From Phoronis australis (lineage: Eukaryota; Animalia; Phoronida), in the NCBI GenBank assembly GCA_002633005.1, contig NMRA01000560.1, forward strand, positions 62,001-126,000: 64,000 nt of DNA, read 5' to 3'. The position numbers and the translations under genes are program-made. This document shows positions 24,597 to 35,964 of the stretch, one piece after another; position 1 is the stretch's first letter; each line of letters starts with the position of its first letter. The notes beneath the pieces were generated by a model. That model did no database searches, had not been told where the DNA came from, and saw only the letters and a program-made list of their open reading frames with translations.

Positions 24597-25613
24597 CATA
24601 GGTGGATTTAGGGGGGCCCAGGGGGCCCTGCCCCCCCCCGCTTGGCTGCCGCAAAAAAAATAAAACAGTAAGAGCGTAGGGAAATGTTGAGTTTATTAAT
24701 TAACACCGGTAATTACAATTATACGGATGAAAAAAGATTTAAATGTGTGCAGTTTTAGTGTTGGTGGGGGGCTCAAATCCAATTTCAAGTGTCAAATTCT
24801 GAACACGGCGCATTCGTAACGGAACTATGGCTAAGTATAGGCTCTCCCGCGATATCGCAGGCGACCGGCAGTGGCGCTGCGCACTACTACTCCTTTTCCG
24901 TCGTCTGCTTCACTGTGCAATGAAAAAAATTTACTTCATTTTTTAAAGAAAATGGAACCTGAGTGACGATGAAAAAGCAGAATCTGCTGGTAAGATGTGA
25001 ATTTTAATCGAAGCCTTAGTGAATCACTCAGAAACTCGCAATACTCTCTTTGTCAAACCTTATGTTAGGACGATTTCCAAAGCAATCCCGTCATTATTGC
25101 CAACACGAAAAACGGATTTGGTCTTTTGGGCATTTGAAGACTATTTTAAATACGACAAATTTGTTAAGAATTGATGGCACAAAATATATAACCTGTAAAA
25201 AGCATTACAAAAAGAAGTAGGTTTCGCGCGCAAACGCTGTGGACCATAAACAAGTAGGTCTCTTAGTTTACGATTAGTAGTTAATTCGTGGTGGTGTAGT
25301 GGTAATGCACGCGCGCTCTAACTGCTAGGTCGTGAGTTCGAATCTTTGGAACTTGCAATTTTTCCTGTTTGACACGTTCTCCGTTTTTTTTTTGCCTCCT
25401 TTTCTTGGATAATACTTCAGGAATCAAGGAAAATGCTTGATTTTTAGAGGTGAAAACAGAAAAATTTCCTGGGCGGGATGGGGGCAAATCCCCCTCCCGA
25501 CCTCCCCCCCATTCGGTGCTATGCGCATCTACAATTGTGGTTCACTTTCCGCAAATGCTTACAGCCGGACAAAATGTTGGGCCCCTCCTTGTGATATCCT
25601 AGATCCGCCACTG
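24597..25613. mobile_element. hAT-like MITE nested in ISL2EU copy B
   Basis: Absent from copies A, D and E (CCTTATTACTGC intact there). Imperfect TIRs CATAGGTGGATTTAGG / CCTAGATCCGCCACTG, flanking TATTA duplicated, G/C-run subterminal motifs. Confidence 0.75.
25288..25346 (+). other. tRNA-like Pol III A/B-box segment within the MITE
   Basis: TGGTGTAGTGG (A box) and GAGTTCGAATC (B box) at tRNA spacing; acceptor stem does not pair. Confidence 0.5.
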
Positions 25614-28600
25614 TATTACTGCTAATTTCCTTGGTGCAAGTCTTCGACAGGTGGCCACAAATTTCCAAAAGACCTAAGGTTACTATATTCGTGTACAATT
25701 GCGGTCAACAAGGTCAACTAACTGACAAAAAGTGTATGGATGCTGAAGTCCCGTGTGTGCTCTATGACTATGCAGTTCCATTCGTAGACTACACAACATT
25801 ACTTGGTAAGTTTTTAGCAATCAGTTTCTATCAACATCTTTCGGTGATGTTATCCCCCCCAGTTACCCCACTGAATAACAGGTTTATTGAGTGGAACTAA
25901 GTGTTTCTTTTTGGAAACTCACCCGATGCCGGGTAGGCTAGCAGCACATATTCATATTGTCCTGGGTGGGAGTGCTCCCAAAATAAGAGGTGTATGGTAC
26001 GTGATGCAAAGAAGTCAACAATGACTTTTTCACAGCAGTTTCTCTTCAAAACTATGCTTTTTCCAATGAAATTCTCTAGATTAGTGAGTTTCCTTATTTT
26101 ATCGTGGACCCCACCCCCAGGACAACCAGCTCAGTTATCGAATTAACATGAATAAGCCTTAATTCAGTAAATGTCATTACATTGCATTGGAAAAAATTGA
26201 CACCTAGAATGAATTTTACTTGTTGAGATCAGAAGCACGTTTTAAGTGTCATGAAAAATACACATTGTTAAATCACTTTTAGCCTGTTTCACAAATTTTA
26301 ATTCAGATATTAAATACTAAGACTTGGGTACAAAGGTTATTAGTTTCTACACTTAAACATCAAGATGAAATGTCAAGTATGTTCTGCGTTACAAAAGTAG
26401 TTTTGTCTTGTCTTTTCTTTTACAATTTGCTAATATTTCTATTCTGTTACAGGCAAGAAAAAACAACTGAAACCAACCGCCTGACCATCTATTTCACCGT
26501 TGGACAAAGTGAAAAGCAATCCTTCAGCAATAACCTGAGAGAATTGAACGTAATTCAGAAATTCAGCACCTAATATGCCTGATTGTGTACTCCCTCGCAA
26601 TGTTGTTTCTTTCTGTGCTTTTTCAGTCTGCCATTTGTTTTTAAATACACTGATAATTGTTTATTCTCGAATCTTGTGCAAAGCAGATTCTTATTCAGCT
26701 ACATGTAGCTACAATTGAAAACATACAATAAGACAATCGATGCAGTCACTTCCCCATAATCTGTACCAAATTGAAAAGTTTTTACCAATAGTATAAAGCC
26801 TTTCTTCTGAAAGGAAAATTTAATGTCACTCAGCTTTTGGCTTTTATTTCACTGGGTTCTAGTTTCAATGGCCTATAGAAGCGCTTGTAAAAAAGGTCCA
26901 GTTTCAACACATGACTTTCTTTCATGTAACCTCATTCAGCCTCAATAACATCCACAATTAGACCCTTGAAGGTAAACACAGCAGCATATCACTTGAATCG
27001 TTTTGAGCCCAAAATCAGACTCTGAACTAAACCAGAGTGTGACTAGGTCTTCTTTAGCTTCAGTCCCTCATGTTTCTTCCAGGAAAGGAAATGAGCTATT
27101 GTCCACACATGACTCATTGCCTATGAAAGGGCATCCTCACCAACGAGGCTGACTTGTGTAGCAGTCAGATAGAGTTCGTCTGGATACACAAACACTCCAC
27201 TGGCACATTGTCTTATGGTAACTTAGTACTGCGATTCACATTTCTCCAGGGCCACTGACTTGCACATTGTGCCAAGCAGCACTGCTGGTGTGTGGAAGTG
27301 CTGTGGGAAGAGAACGGAGTAACAAAGCTTGTCTATGATACAGCTTGAAGTGGCCTTAAAATGTCACTGAAACTGGAACAAATATTGAAATATGAATAAT
27401 TAAGTACTCCAAATTGGATAAAAAATCTTATCCCTGTTTTTCAAAAATATATGGTGATTGGTCTACAGTTTCCCATAAAAGTAAATAATTACTATTTTCA
27501 GAAACCAAGGGTGTATATAATGAGTATTGCATAAAACTGTGTCTTTATTTTTTATCCCTAGCCATAACAATTCTTTACACGCAGCACTTGTCTGTAAAAT
27601 ATACAAGTTTTTTGAGACAACTTCAAACCTTTGTTACCCATTTTCAAGCCTTTTTAATTTTGGTACTTTCAGCAATTTTAAACTCAGATTAAAGGTTCAT
27701 GGGTCTCTCAAGCATACGTCTAACCTAAGGTTGAGGGAATCTTTTTTCTTCTAATAGAAGATACATGTATGAACACTTGGGTCATTTAAAAATGATGGAT
27801 AATCTTTCTGTTGTTTAAGAGTAATTACAAATCGTAATGCACCATAAAAATTGCAATTTTCACAAAAATGGCAGTCATTTGAATTTATAACGACTTGCAA
27901 CATTTCAAGGCATGAGTTAAGACTATTCAGTCACTTTGAATTCGGAAAATGTAATATATTTTCGTGGTTTAACAATTGATACAAGTAGCAAAACAGTTTC
28001 ATGAAATCAACTTGAAGGGACTTCGTGAAGGTTAAGAATTACCTCACCATGCTCTTTTCCCCAAACATGTATTACCTGTTATTTCCACACATTCAGTTGT
28101 ACCGAATATTACAACCCCCCATGCCAATCCCCCCTCGGGTCCTGAATAAGTAATTTATCAAAATGACTTTAAAAATAGATGTTCCTTTTCAAAGGCTTTG
28201 TTTGTTGTGTCCAAAAGTGAAGGTAGGTTTTGACAACATATCTGCACTGGATGGGAAGATCTTGTTGGTTAGCTGCAGTCAAATGCTAAAAACCAATTTT
28301 TGTCCATTCAAGGACGGTGCAGAAGCGATGCATATTTCCTCTGCACGGTACAAGCCTTCAAACGTGAAAACTGACGTGATAGATTTCCTTTTCAACGTGT
28401 AATATATTTCTAGAAGACATATGATAGGGAGTAAACAAATAGTCTAATGCAATGGATATTTATCACTCACGTACCCTTTGCCATTGGGATTGGATTGTAA
28501 TCTTAACTCATTAACCTGTATCTAGTTGACAGCATAAACATTCACCATTGATTGATGTAACTGTCACAGATAAACTGTTAGAAATCATTCCAAACAATAA

Positions 28601-30814
28601 TAATGCTTTGATGTACGAAAAGATCCCGATTGCTACGTCAAGTATCGTAACAAGCATCACAACAAAACAAAGATTAACCCGACTGGCGACTGCCGCGAAG
28701 TCGACATCGGCGAGTATCTCAGTTAACAGGCATCAGTAGAATAAACATGGCATAATCGTTAAAATAATCACAAACCTTACCTTTGCATAAGGTCGTGCTT
28801 ACTTCCTCTCATAGAAGCGCGCTTTTTACGCAATCTCAGATTCAGTTGGCACGGCTGCAAGCCATTTCACCATGTATTTAAAGGGCTCGCGATATCGAGG
28901 CTGTTAATCTATCACCACTAGTACACGCACGCCCTCTAGTTATTGTAGATTTTCCGAATAGCCCCATTGGCATGTTGACTTACACCAGTGTTCTGAAATT
29001 GAAAAGAATTCCTTGAAAAACGTAAGAGATATAACATTTTGAACGTTACATGACCTTTGCTCTAATTGACCTTATCCGGTGCATGTTAAGCATCTTTAGG
29101 AGAATTATTGCAAAGCCCATGGAAAATGTGTTTAATGTTGGGAACCATAGTTGTCTAACGGTTGACACATCAGAATACTTCCTGATTGAAAAGGTCAAAT
29201 TTTCAGAAGAAAAATGCACCTAATGACCCCATGTTTGCACAAAATGTCCTGAAACTTTGGATTCCGATTTGATTTACCTGTAGCAATCAAACCTGTCAAT
29301 TTGAAGTGTCTAGCTCAAAATTTTAGTTTGCACCTAATGACCTTTGACCTATTTCACCTGATTGGATGACCCTATTACTTAGAAAAGTAATCTTTTAAAT
29401 TGTCATGTTGATTTATACCTGTGCACCGAATTTGCAAAAGATAGCTTTAAAACTGAAGGAGAAGTAGCATTTTGAAAATTATATGACCTTTGCACCAAAC
29501 GACCTCTTCCGGTGTAATATGGAATATGATTATATAACCAATCAAAATATATATACTGTCAAAAGTTATATGCTCAATTTAAAGACCGTACCTGCATCCA
29601 ATTTGGAGTTATTAAGCCTCAAAGTTGGTCGGAAGAAGAATAAGAATAACAAGAATAAGAATAAGAATAAGAATAAAATTGAAGAAAATCCAGGAACAAC
29701 AATACTCTGCGCTTACACGCGCAGAGTAATAATGTATATGTACATGCATTTCTAAATAAAGATTCCCCTAACATCTGACCGTAACAATGCATAACGGAGT
29801 TATTGTTTCACAACAGCTTTTTGTCAGAAAACCCTGAATTGTCGTGCGCTCACGCGGCATCGGTGCCCGGTTAGTTAGCTTTATTGCATCTCTTAGGTAA
29901 GCCGGCATTCATCAGTGAAAGCACTGTCGGCGAAATGCCGGCCACAGACACGGAGATGTTTCACGGTCTCATACTTCGTATTAACGGCTTACTTTTCATT
30001 CTTCACTGCCGTGAGTCACTTCTGTAGAATTTCGGGTTCTCGAGGAAATCGAAAAAACGATATACCCGCTTTCCCCGCAGCTTCATAGTTCGCACAAGCG
30101 GGAACGATTCGCCACACCATAGTGGCACTCACTCTGCAGAAGAATCACTGACATCGCTGCATCGTTTACTCACCTTCCTAACAGGTTAACGCGACACCTC
30201 TCCGCGAGGTAAGATCTACCGTATACGAGGTGATGTGGATATAGACCGATTAAGGCGGTAAAAAAGACCAATTGAATCGGGTGGCATTCTCCTTTAACGC
30301 TCTAATATACGTCGAGGAGATTCCTTGTCAGTGTGTTGTGTTAACTAAAGTTACTTCCAGTGTCATACAAAGAGTTTTGCATCTAGTGGGGACATCTAGT
30401 GAATAGGGATTTGTATTTGGCTTTCGATATTTCGTTGATTTATTCTTCTGCTTCATAAAATGGAATCCTGGTGCTTGCAACTCATATTCGATCACAGTAA
30501 AATAATGTTTCGACTTTGATTACAGTTCATAAATGTTCCAACGTTCATCTGCTGCCAAACCTATGTTGCGACGATAACCATAAACAACAATGCTAGGACT
30601 TGCAATCTATTTCATGTTATATTTTTCAACGAAAGTTCGAGCACGAACTAACTTGGCTGACACAACTACACGTACACTGCCGCTAGACACTTGTGCAACA
30701 CAAGACAGTGATACGACGGCGACTGCCGTAACTACGTAACTAGACATAACAAACCCGAATGAAACGAACTAAAATGGTTGAGCTGTAGTTATAGTAATAT
30801 TAACTAAAGTCTCT

Positions 30815-31771
30815 TTAGCAATCTGCCTTCCGCCTGTGCCTCTGGCACCGTGACTTCAGCCTCGCAGGCTAGCCTTCTCAACTTAGCCTCACGTGCTTGC
30901 CTTCACTCATCAGTTTCATCTTCGCGGCCTTGCCTTCTATCATCAGTTTCAGCCTCACGTGCTGCCATGTCATGGGTCTCAGCTTTTTATTTCTCGACTG
31001 AGCGCTTAAGTTCGTTCCCCTGGAGACCCATCTCTTGTCCGTGGGCATTAACTCCCTTAGTTGTCATCTTGTCTCCGAAGTGAGTCGCTAACTCCAACGA
31101 TCCACTTTATCGCAGCTTCTTGCCGCCAGTTACCACCTGTTGTGTTCGCCAATTGTCACATTTTCCCCCGTTGATGGATGGCATCACGCTGTAACCGACC
31201 GGTTCTAATATCTCTCGGTGCGATGATAGACTGAAGACTGGTTCGAGTTAATGACTTTATTAATACTGACCGTATGTTCACAAGTCAATATACACAAAGC
31301 GTCTGACGCAATGTGTGTTCTATGCTCCAGCCAGTGCTGCGACGCCTTGACCTGTGATGAACACTTCAGTCACTTCCAGCAACTGCTAATCTTTGATTCA
31401 GTAACCTACTTCTTTCAAGCTGGTTATGTGTTGACTAATGCTGAAACTGTTGATTCTAAAACTTCAACACAGCTCAAGTCTACTCTAACTCCACTTCAAC
31501 TTCAGCTGAGATAAACTTCAATGTAAACTCAAATGAGCTCATCTGGCTCACAATAATCCGCAACTTGGTATTCATATTCTCTAACGTTATGAAACATTTC
31601 ACGGATAAACAAACACATTCTGGAACTTTTCAGTAGTGAGTAAATTCGTTCTAGAACTGGTTTTCTGTAAACAAAAACAAGTATCTAGACTGTGGTTCAA
31701 TTCACTAGCTACTGATGGGATGGAACATTCCTCTAGAATGTTCTCTAGTTTTCTATTCTAAGCAATTTACA
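30815..31771 (-). mobile_element. Gypsy LTR + PBS + gag N-terminal remnant
   Basis: LTR ~31154-31771 (TG..CA, AATAAA ~100 bp from its 3' end), followed on - by a TGGCGAAC PBS-like site and MTTKGVNAHGQEMGLQGNELK..E/R-rich coiled coil typical of Gypsy gag. Confidence 0.6.
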
Positions 31772-31789
31772 TCACCACTAGCCTGTCCT

Positions 31790-32090
31790 CATTCTACTGG
31801 AGTGTCTTCCAGTGCTACTCTGCTCGATTTATTCGTCAAACTGGTACATCCGTGGCTGTGTTACGGCACTGAAATTTGGGGATTTAGGGACTACCATATC
31901 ATTGTAAAGGTGCATTTGCGTTTTTGTAAAATTATTCTTGGGAGTAGGAGCCGCCTGCCCTAATGTTATAGTTTTAAGTGAATATGGGAGGTTCCATGTG
32001 TACACTAGATATTATGTAACATTGGTTAAATTCTGGTTTTAAGTCCTGAAGATGTCGTCTGACGGATACAGTTCAAGAAAAACTTTGCAG
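31790..32090 (+). mobile_element. Non-LTR (RTE-X/CR1-group) RT C-terminal fragment
   Basis: LLDLFVKLVHPWLCYGTEIWGF...VHLRFCKIILG resembles the L.LF..LV.PIL.YG.E.WG thumb motif. Confidence 0.65.
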
Positions 32091-33086
32091 TAGAACCGTA
32101 CATAAAATTCGGTTTGCCACGAGTTTTCATCCAAACTACCTCGAAGTTTCGTTGTATCAGCCATACCTCCTTCCCTAGTTGTGAGTCGGTGGTATTTAAA
32201 ATTGGCTATGATGATAAAATATCCCCTTTCTGTACAAGAAACTGTGGTGAAGGGGAATTGCATTTTTACGGTTAAAAAACGAAAAAATATCTTATGCAGA
32301 GAAATGTAGGATGTTTACATTTTATGACCTTGAACGCTATTGTTGTACTTTGAGCATCTGGATTTATATACAATGGAATTAAGAATACGCGTACCGGGTA
32401 CAAGTATGCACTTCCTGAAAGTATATATCCCATAATAGTCTATTTTTAATGTTTCCTCAATCTTTTACCTATTGTGTCACGTGACCATGTTTCTGTAGTA
32501 AAATTTGCCTTAAAATGTACATTGGTACCAAAACGAGGATATCATTAACATGGTCAAATTTCAGTTGTTCATATCTCCCGTTTTGTTGCTCTTTTGCCTA
32601 CCTTGTTCTTGAAAACGAGGTCTTTCTTGTTGGATAAAAGCTCCTAATTATTATGAATTTGCTATTGAACGCATACGTGATTTCTACATTTTAACAGATG
32701 TTGAATACTGTCTTAATTATTTGTGGTAGCAACGCATTAGGGCCAAAAGTACAGTACTATTCATTTTGAGACCAATGAGCACGTTTCTTGAACTGTTCTA
32801 TCAGTGGAATTAGACAGCTGGACTCCATCAGCCATTCTCCCCAGCAATTTTTTGTCCTATCAAGCGAAAACAATGTATCCAAGATCTTATTACCCAATCA
32901 CATGTAGTAAGGATTATCTTAGACAAACGGAACTTTAGTGATAGATACATGTACACTGACATTTTTTGACTTAAACATTTCTTGTCTGACTATTCTTTTT
33001 GTGGGCTCGGGTTTTCAATTCTGTGCGCGCCAATACCACTACGATCAAACTTGTGAATATGTTATACTGTTGCGGGCATTTTTCAG

Positions 33087-33299
33087 CAACCAACGTGGCC
33101 AAAAATAAAAAAGCAATGCAAATGTCAGACCATCCGTCAGGTGCCGCATCGAAAGCTATAGATGGAAATGACAGTCCGATTTTTGGACACTCATCTTGCA
33201 CGCACGTAAAAGATTGGGAGAATCACCCCTGGTGGAAGGTGGATTTGTTCGACATTCACCACGTCCATGGAGTCAAAATCACAAACAGACAGGCGTCCG
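33087..33299 (+). CDS. Exon: N-terminal half of F-type lectin domain 2
   Basis: tttttcag| acceptor and |gtacgt donor, 213 bp (same length as exon 2850-3062), phase 1-1. Translation TNVAKNKKAMQMSD...ASKAIDGND...SSCTH...HPWWKVDL...VKITNRQAS. Confidence 0.9.
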
Positions 33300-34300
33300 G
33301 TACGTTGTTTTAATTTGCACTACTGCGTGATGCCGTGCGCTTTTCCAGGTGGAAACAACAGCCTTCACTGCGACGTTACTGTTACTCACAATTGAAGCCC
33401 TTACATTTCTGAGACAATATAGACGCTCACACTTTACGACATAACTGGATTTTTGTCCCATTGCTCTTGGCGCCATTGTGCTGAACATCGGAAATTTGCT
33501 CGAGGTTTGTAAAATTTGGAAACCTGCAAGTGGTGTATTAATCGAGGCCTTTTGACAATCGAGTAAGCTTAGGAATTCGCCAAGTAAGGACAGCAAAGGC
33601 CAAAGGCAACCATCGTTTTAATAAGGGAAATAACGCCAATTTACGCTGCTCCAGCCTATCAGTGAAAAATCAAATCTATTGTGTATACAATGATTCGCGA
33701 GAACCCTATAGTAGAATCAGGGCTGCGTTCAGTAGACTCATGACAATTGCGGATTCGCACGATCACCCAAGATCACACAAAAACTCAAGAATAAACTACA
33801 GGACCTTCCTGGTGCACTCTATCAAAATGGCAGCTGCTAGAATGATTGGCTTTTTGGGAAGATTTTTGTGCTTTGACTGCGAATTTTTTCGAACTCGCTG
33901 CAGCAGGACACTGTAAATGGTATTAAAAAAAGAACACTTGCTCATGATTTGTTGAACACCGTTTTGTGCAAATTTATTGAGTTTTGTGTTCCATATGGAC
34001 GGCTGAAGTGAAGACCCGTGGAATTTCTAGTCCCAAGTGTCATATCTTGTAGTACATATATATAGAGAGAAGCTGAGGACGCCTGTGAACGTATCATCAT
34101 GAACACTCATCACGCGGCTGGCGACATCATCTGTGTTGTCAGCGTCAGGGTCATCACTGATCATGTATTGGTCGTGGTCAAGACGTCGGTATTCTTGTTT
34201 TCGTCTTCAACCTCAATTTGAAGACCTTTATTCGATTTCTGCAAGTGTAGCTCTTTTCAGCACTTTCATTTAGTTCATACTCCTTTGGTTTTGTTACCAG

Positions 34301-34498
34301 GAGAAAGATTACACGACGTAAAAGGTACAGTCGCCATATGGTACGACAAACATGAGTGCTTCTTCTTCAAAGGCCCTGGAACGGGAGGGGAAAAGATATA
34401 CAGGGAATGTCCAAGAGAACTAGCTGGACGTATTGTGCAGATTCAGTTAATGGCCGATTCAGCAATTCTGACCTTATGTGAGGTTGAGATTTATATGT
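34301..34498 (+). CDS. Exon: C-terminal half of F-type lectin domain 2
   Basis: ttaccag| acceptor and |gtgagt donor, 198 bp, phase 1-1. Translation GERLHDV...HECFFF...RECPRELAGRIVQIQL...ILTLCEVEIY matches the FTL C-terminal GR.V.I and LTLCEVE motifs. Confidence 0.92.
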
Positions 34499-34682
34499 GT
34501 GAGTATCCTCACAGTGGGCGTGTATTGCTTGTGTGAATACTGCCAAAGCATTGTAGCAGTACCTACTTTTGTTACTTTATATAATTGTCAGTCATGTAAT
34601 CACAAGTGACTAAAAATTTTCGTTTCATTGAATTATTTTCGCCATAACCCATAACGCTGCTTTTCAGTGATCTTTCTAAGCT

Positions 34683-35630
34683 TTATTATGCGCCCCCGTT
34701 TGCGTATGTTGGGTGCACATTGTAGTCATCGAATGTGAACGTGTTGCTTTGTCATCATTCTTATTTGTACCCACGCCACAGGTCATGTTTCTTGTCCGGT
34801 CATCATGAAATTTTCACTCAGTAACTGTTTTATAAATGACTCGAAGCCTGTCATGTTTATTTGAAATGTGCCACAATATGGCACTGTGGCGGCCATTTAT
34901 CATTCGCGGAGTTATCAGTTCAGCGATCGTTTGTCGGATTCTTCTGAATCTGATATTTGACATGTAGAGAGATCTTGTAAAGTCCTAAGGAAAGGTGCCA
35001 TCTGATTTTGATACAACCTACCGTTTTCTAGTTTTTTTTTGATATTTCGATGACTGCTCTATAAAAAGTTATTTTCATGCCGTATTTCCAGCGTTTCTTG
35101 ACGGGTCTGTTTAAAACTTGGTATTTTTTAATGTGAAATTTGTTTCTCGGTCAAACTTACCGTTCTCGAAATATTCAAAATTTGCTGGTCCAATGGCTAT
35201 TCTCTTATTGACTTGCTCCTCGCTGCACATGTGTTGGTCTATCGTATTTTGGTACAGGTCACATTTTTCATGACTATTGTGATCGACATACAATCTATGA
35301 ACAATGTTTTCCTCGTCATACTTTTGTGGGCAAAATCGGAGTTAAAATGACGCTGTTGAGGCCAATATTAAATTTTGGTTTGTCAATAGGCCTTGTCAAG
35401 AACTATCGGGTATGTGCGATCCGTTTATCTGTACGACGTAAATTCGTACCGTTCTCGTCTTATTCAAGATTTTCCGATGATCGGTGTTCAATTAAGTTTT
35501 CGTGTGGTATCTCAGGCTTCCCTTTAAGGATATTTCTGATTTTTATCATGTGGATAAACCTCTTCAAGCTGTATTTGCATTATGCGAGAGGTTTCTGGTT
35601 CCAACTTACCGTTTTTTTTTTAGTTTTTCG
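34683..35630 (+). mobile_element. Possible degraded HINE-like element of a second family
   Basis: Starts TTATTATGCGCCCCC..GGGTGCACAT like the element at 63294 and has degenerate internal repeats. 3' end uncertain. Confidence 0.3.
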
Positions 35631-35964
35631 AGTTTAATCGCTTGCAGCTCAATTATCGAAACTGCTGACCCATTGTCCAGAGTCCAGCTTCATGGAAATG
35701 GACTTAAGGCTTACGACTTCAGACTGTTGTTTAAGTTAAAACCGAAAATATCGCTAAATTAAGATAGAAGACCAAAATTCGGCAAACACTGTTTCACGAA
35801 AACAAAGTCCGTTCTTAGTCTTCGCTCTTAACTTAGACAGAAATTAAGCCAGGATGGAGTTCAGTAACGTCAAGACCTACGCTATGACTTCGCTAAAATG
35901 CAAGACATTGCGAGATTACGTAAGATGTTGCCGTGTATTTTAAATGAGAACTCGTGAGCTCATT

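Larger units (their letters stand above)
24459..28965 (-). mobile_element. ISL2EU-like transposon copy B (contains ~1-kb nested MITE)
   Basis: Same TIRs, inverted relative to copy A. Flanks tatttaAT/ATtggcatg match the empty paralogous site agggtatttaattggcatg at 21961. Confidence 0.88.
23949..29733 (-). mobile_element. HINE-like element copy H4, interrupted by ISL2EU copy B
   Basis: Segments 23949-24458 and 28966-29733 join seamlessly when compared with H2 and H3; both termini present. Confidence 0.8.

Noticed and set aside
27527-28402. Recurrent ORFs MHKTVSLFF and MTLKIDVPFQ (also 39976, 51880, 52512)
   Set aside because: Antisense readings of the transposon's YqaJ-gene region.
22491-29755. 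Recurrent ORFs MTFAPND...LELLSLKVG with K/N tails
   Set aside because: Translations of the HINE core and the AAGAAT microsatellite.
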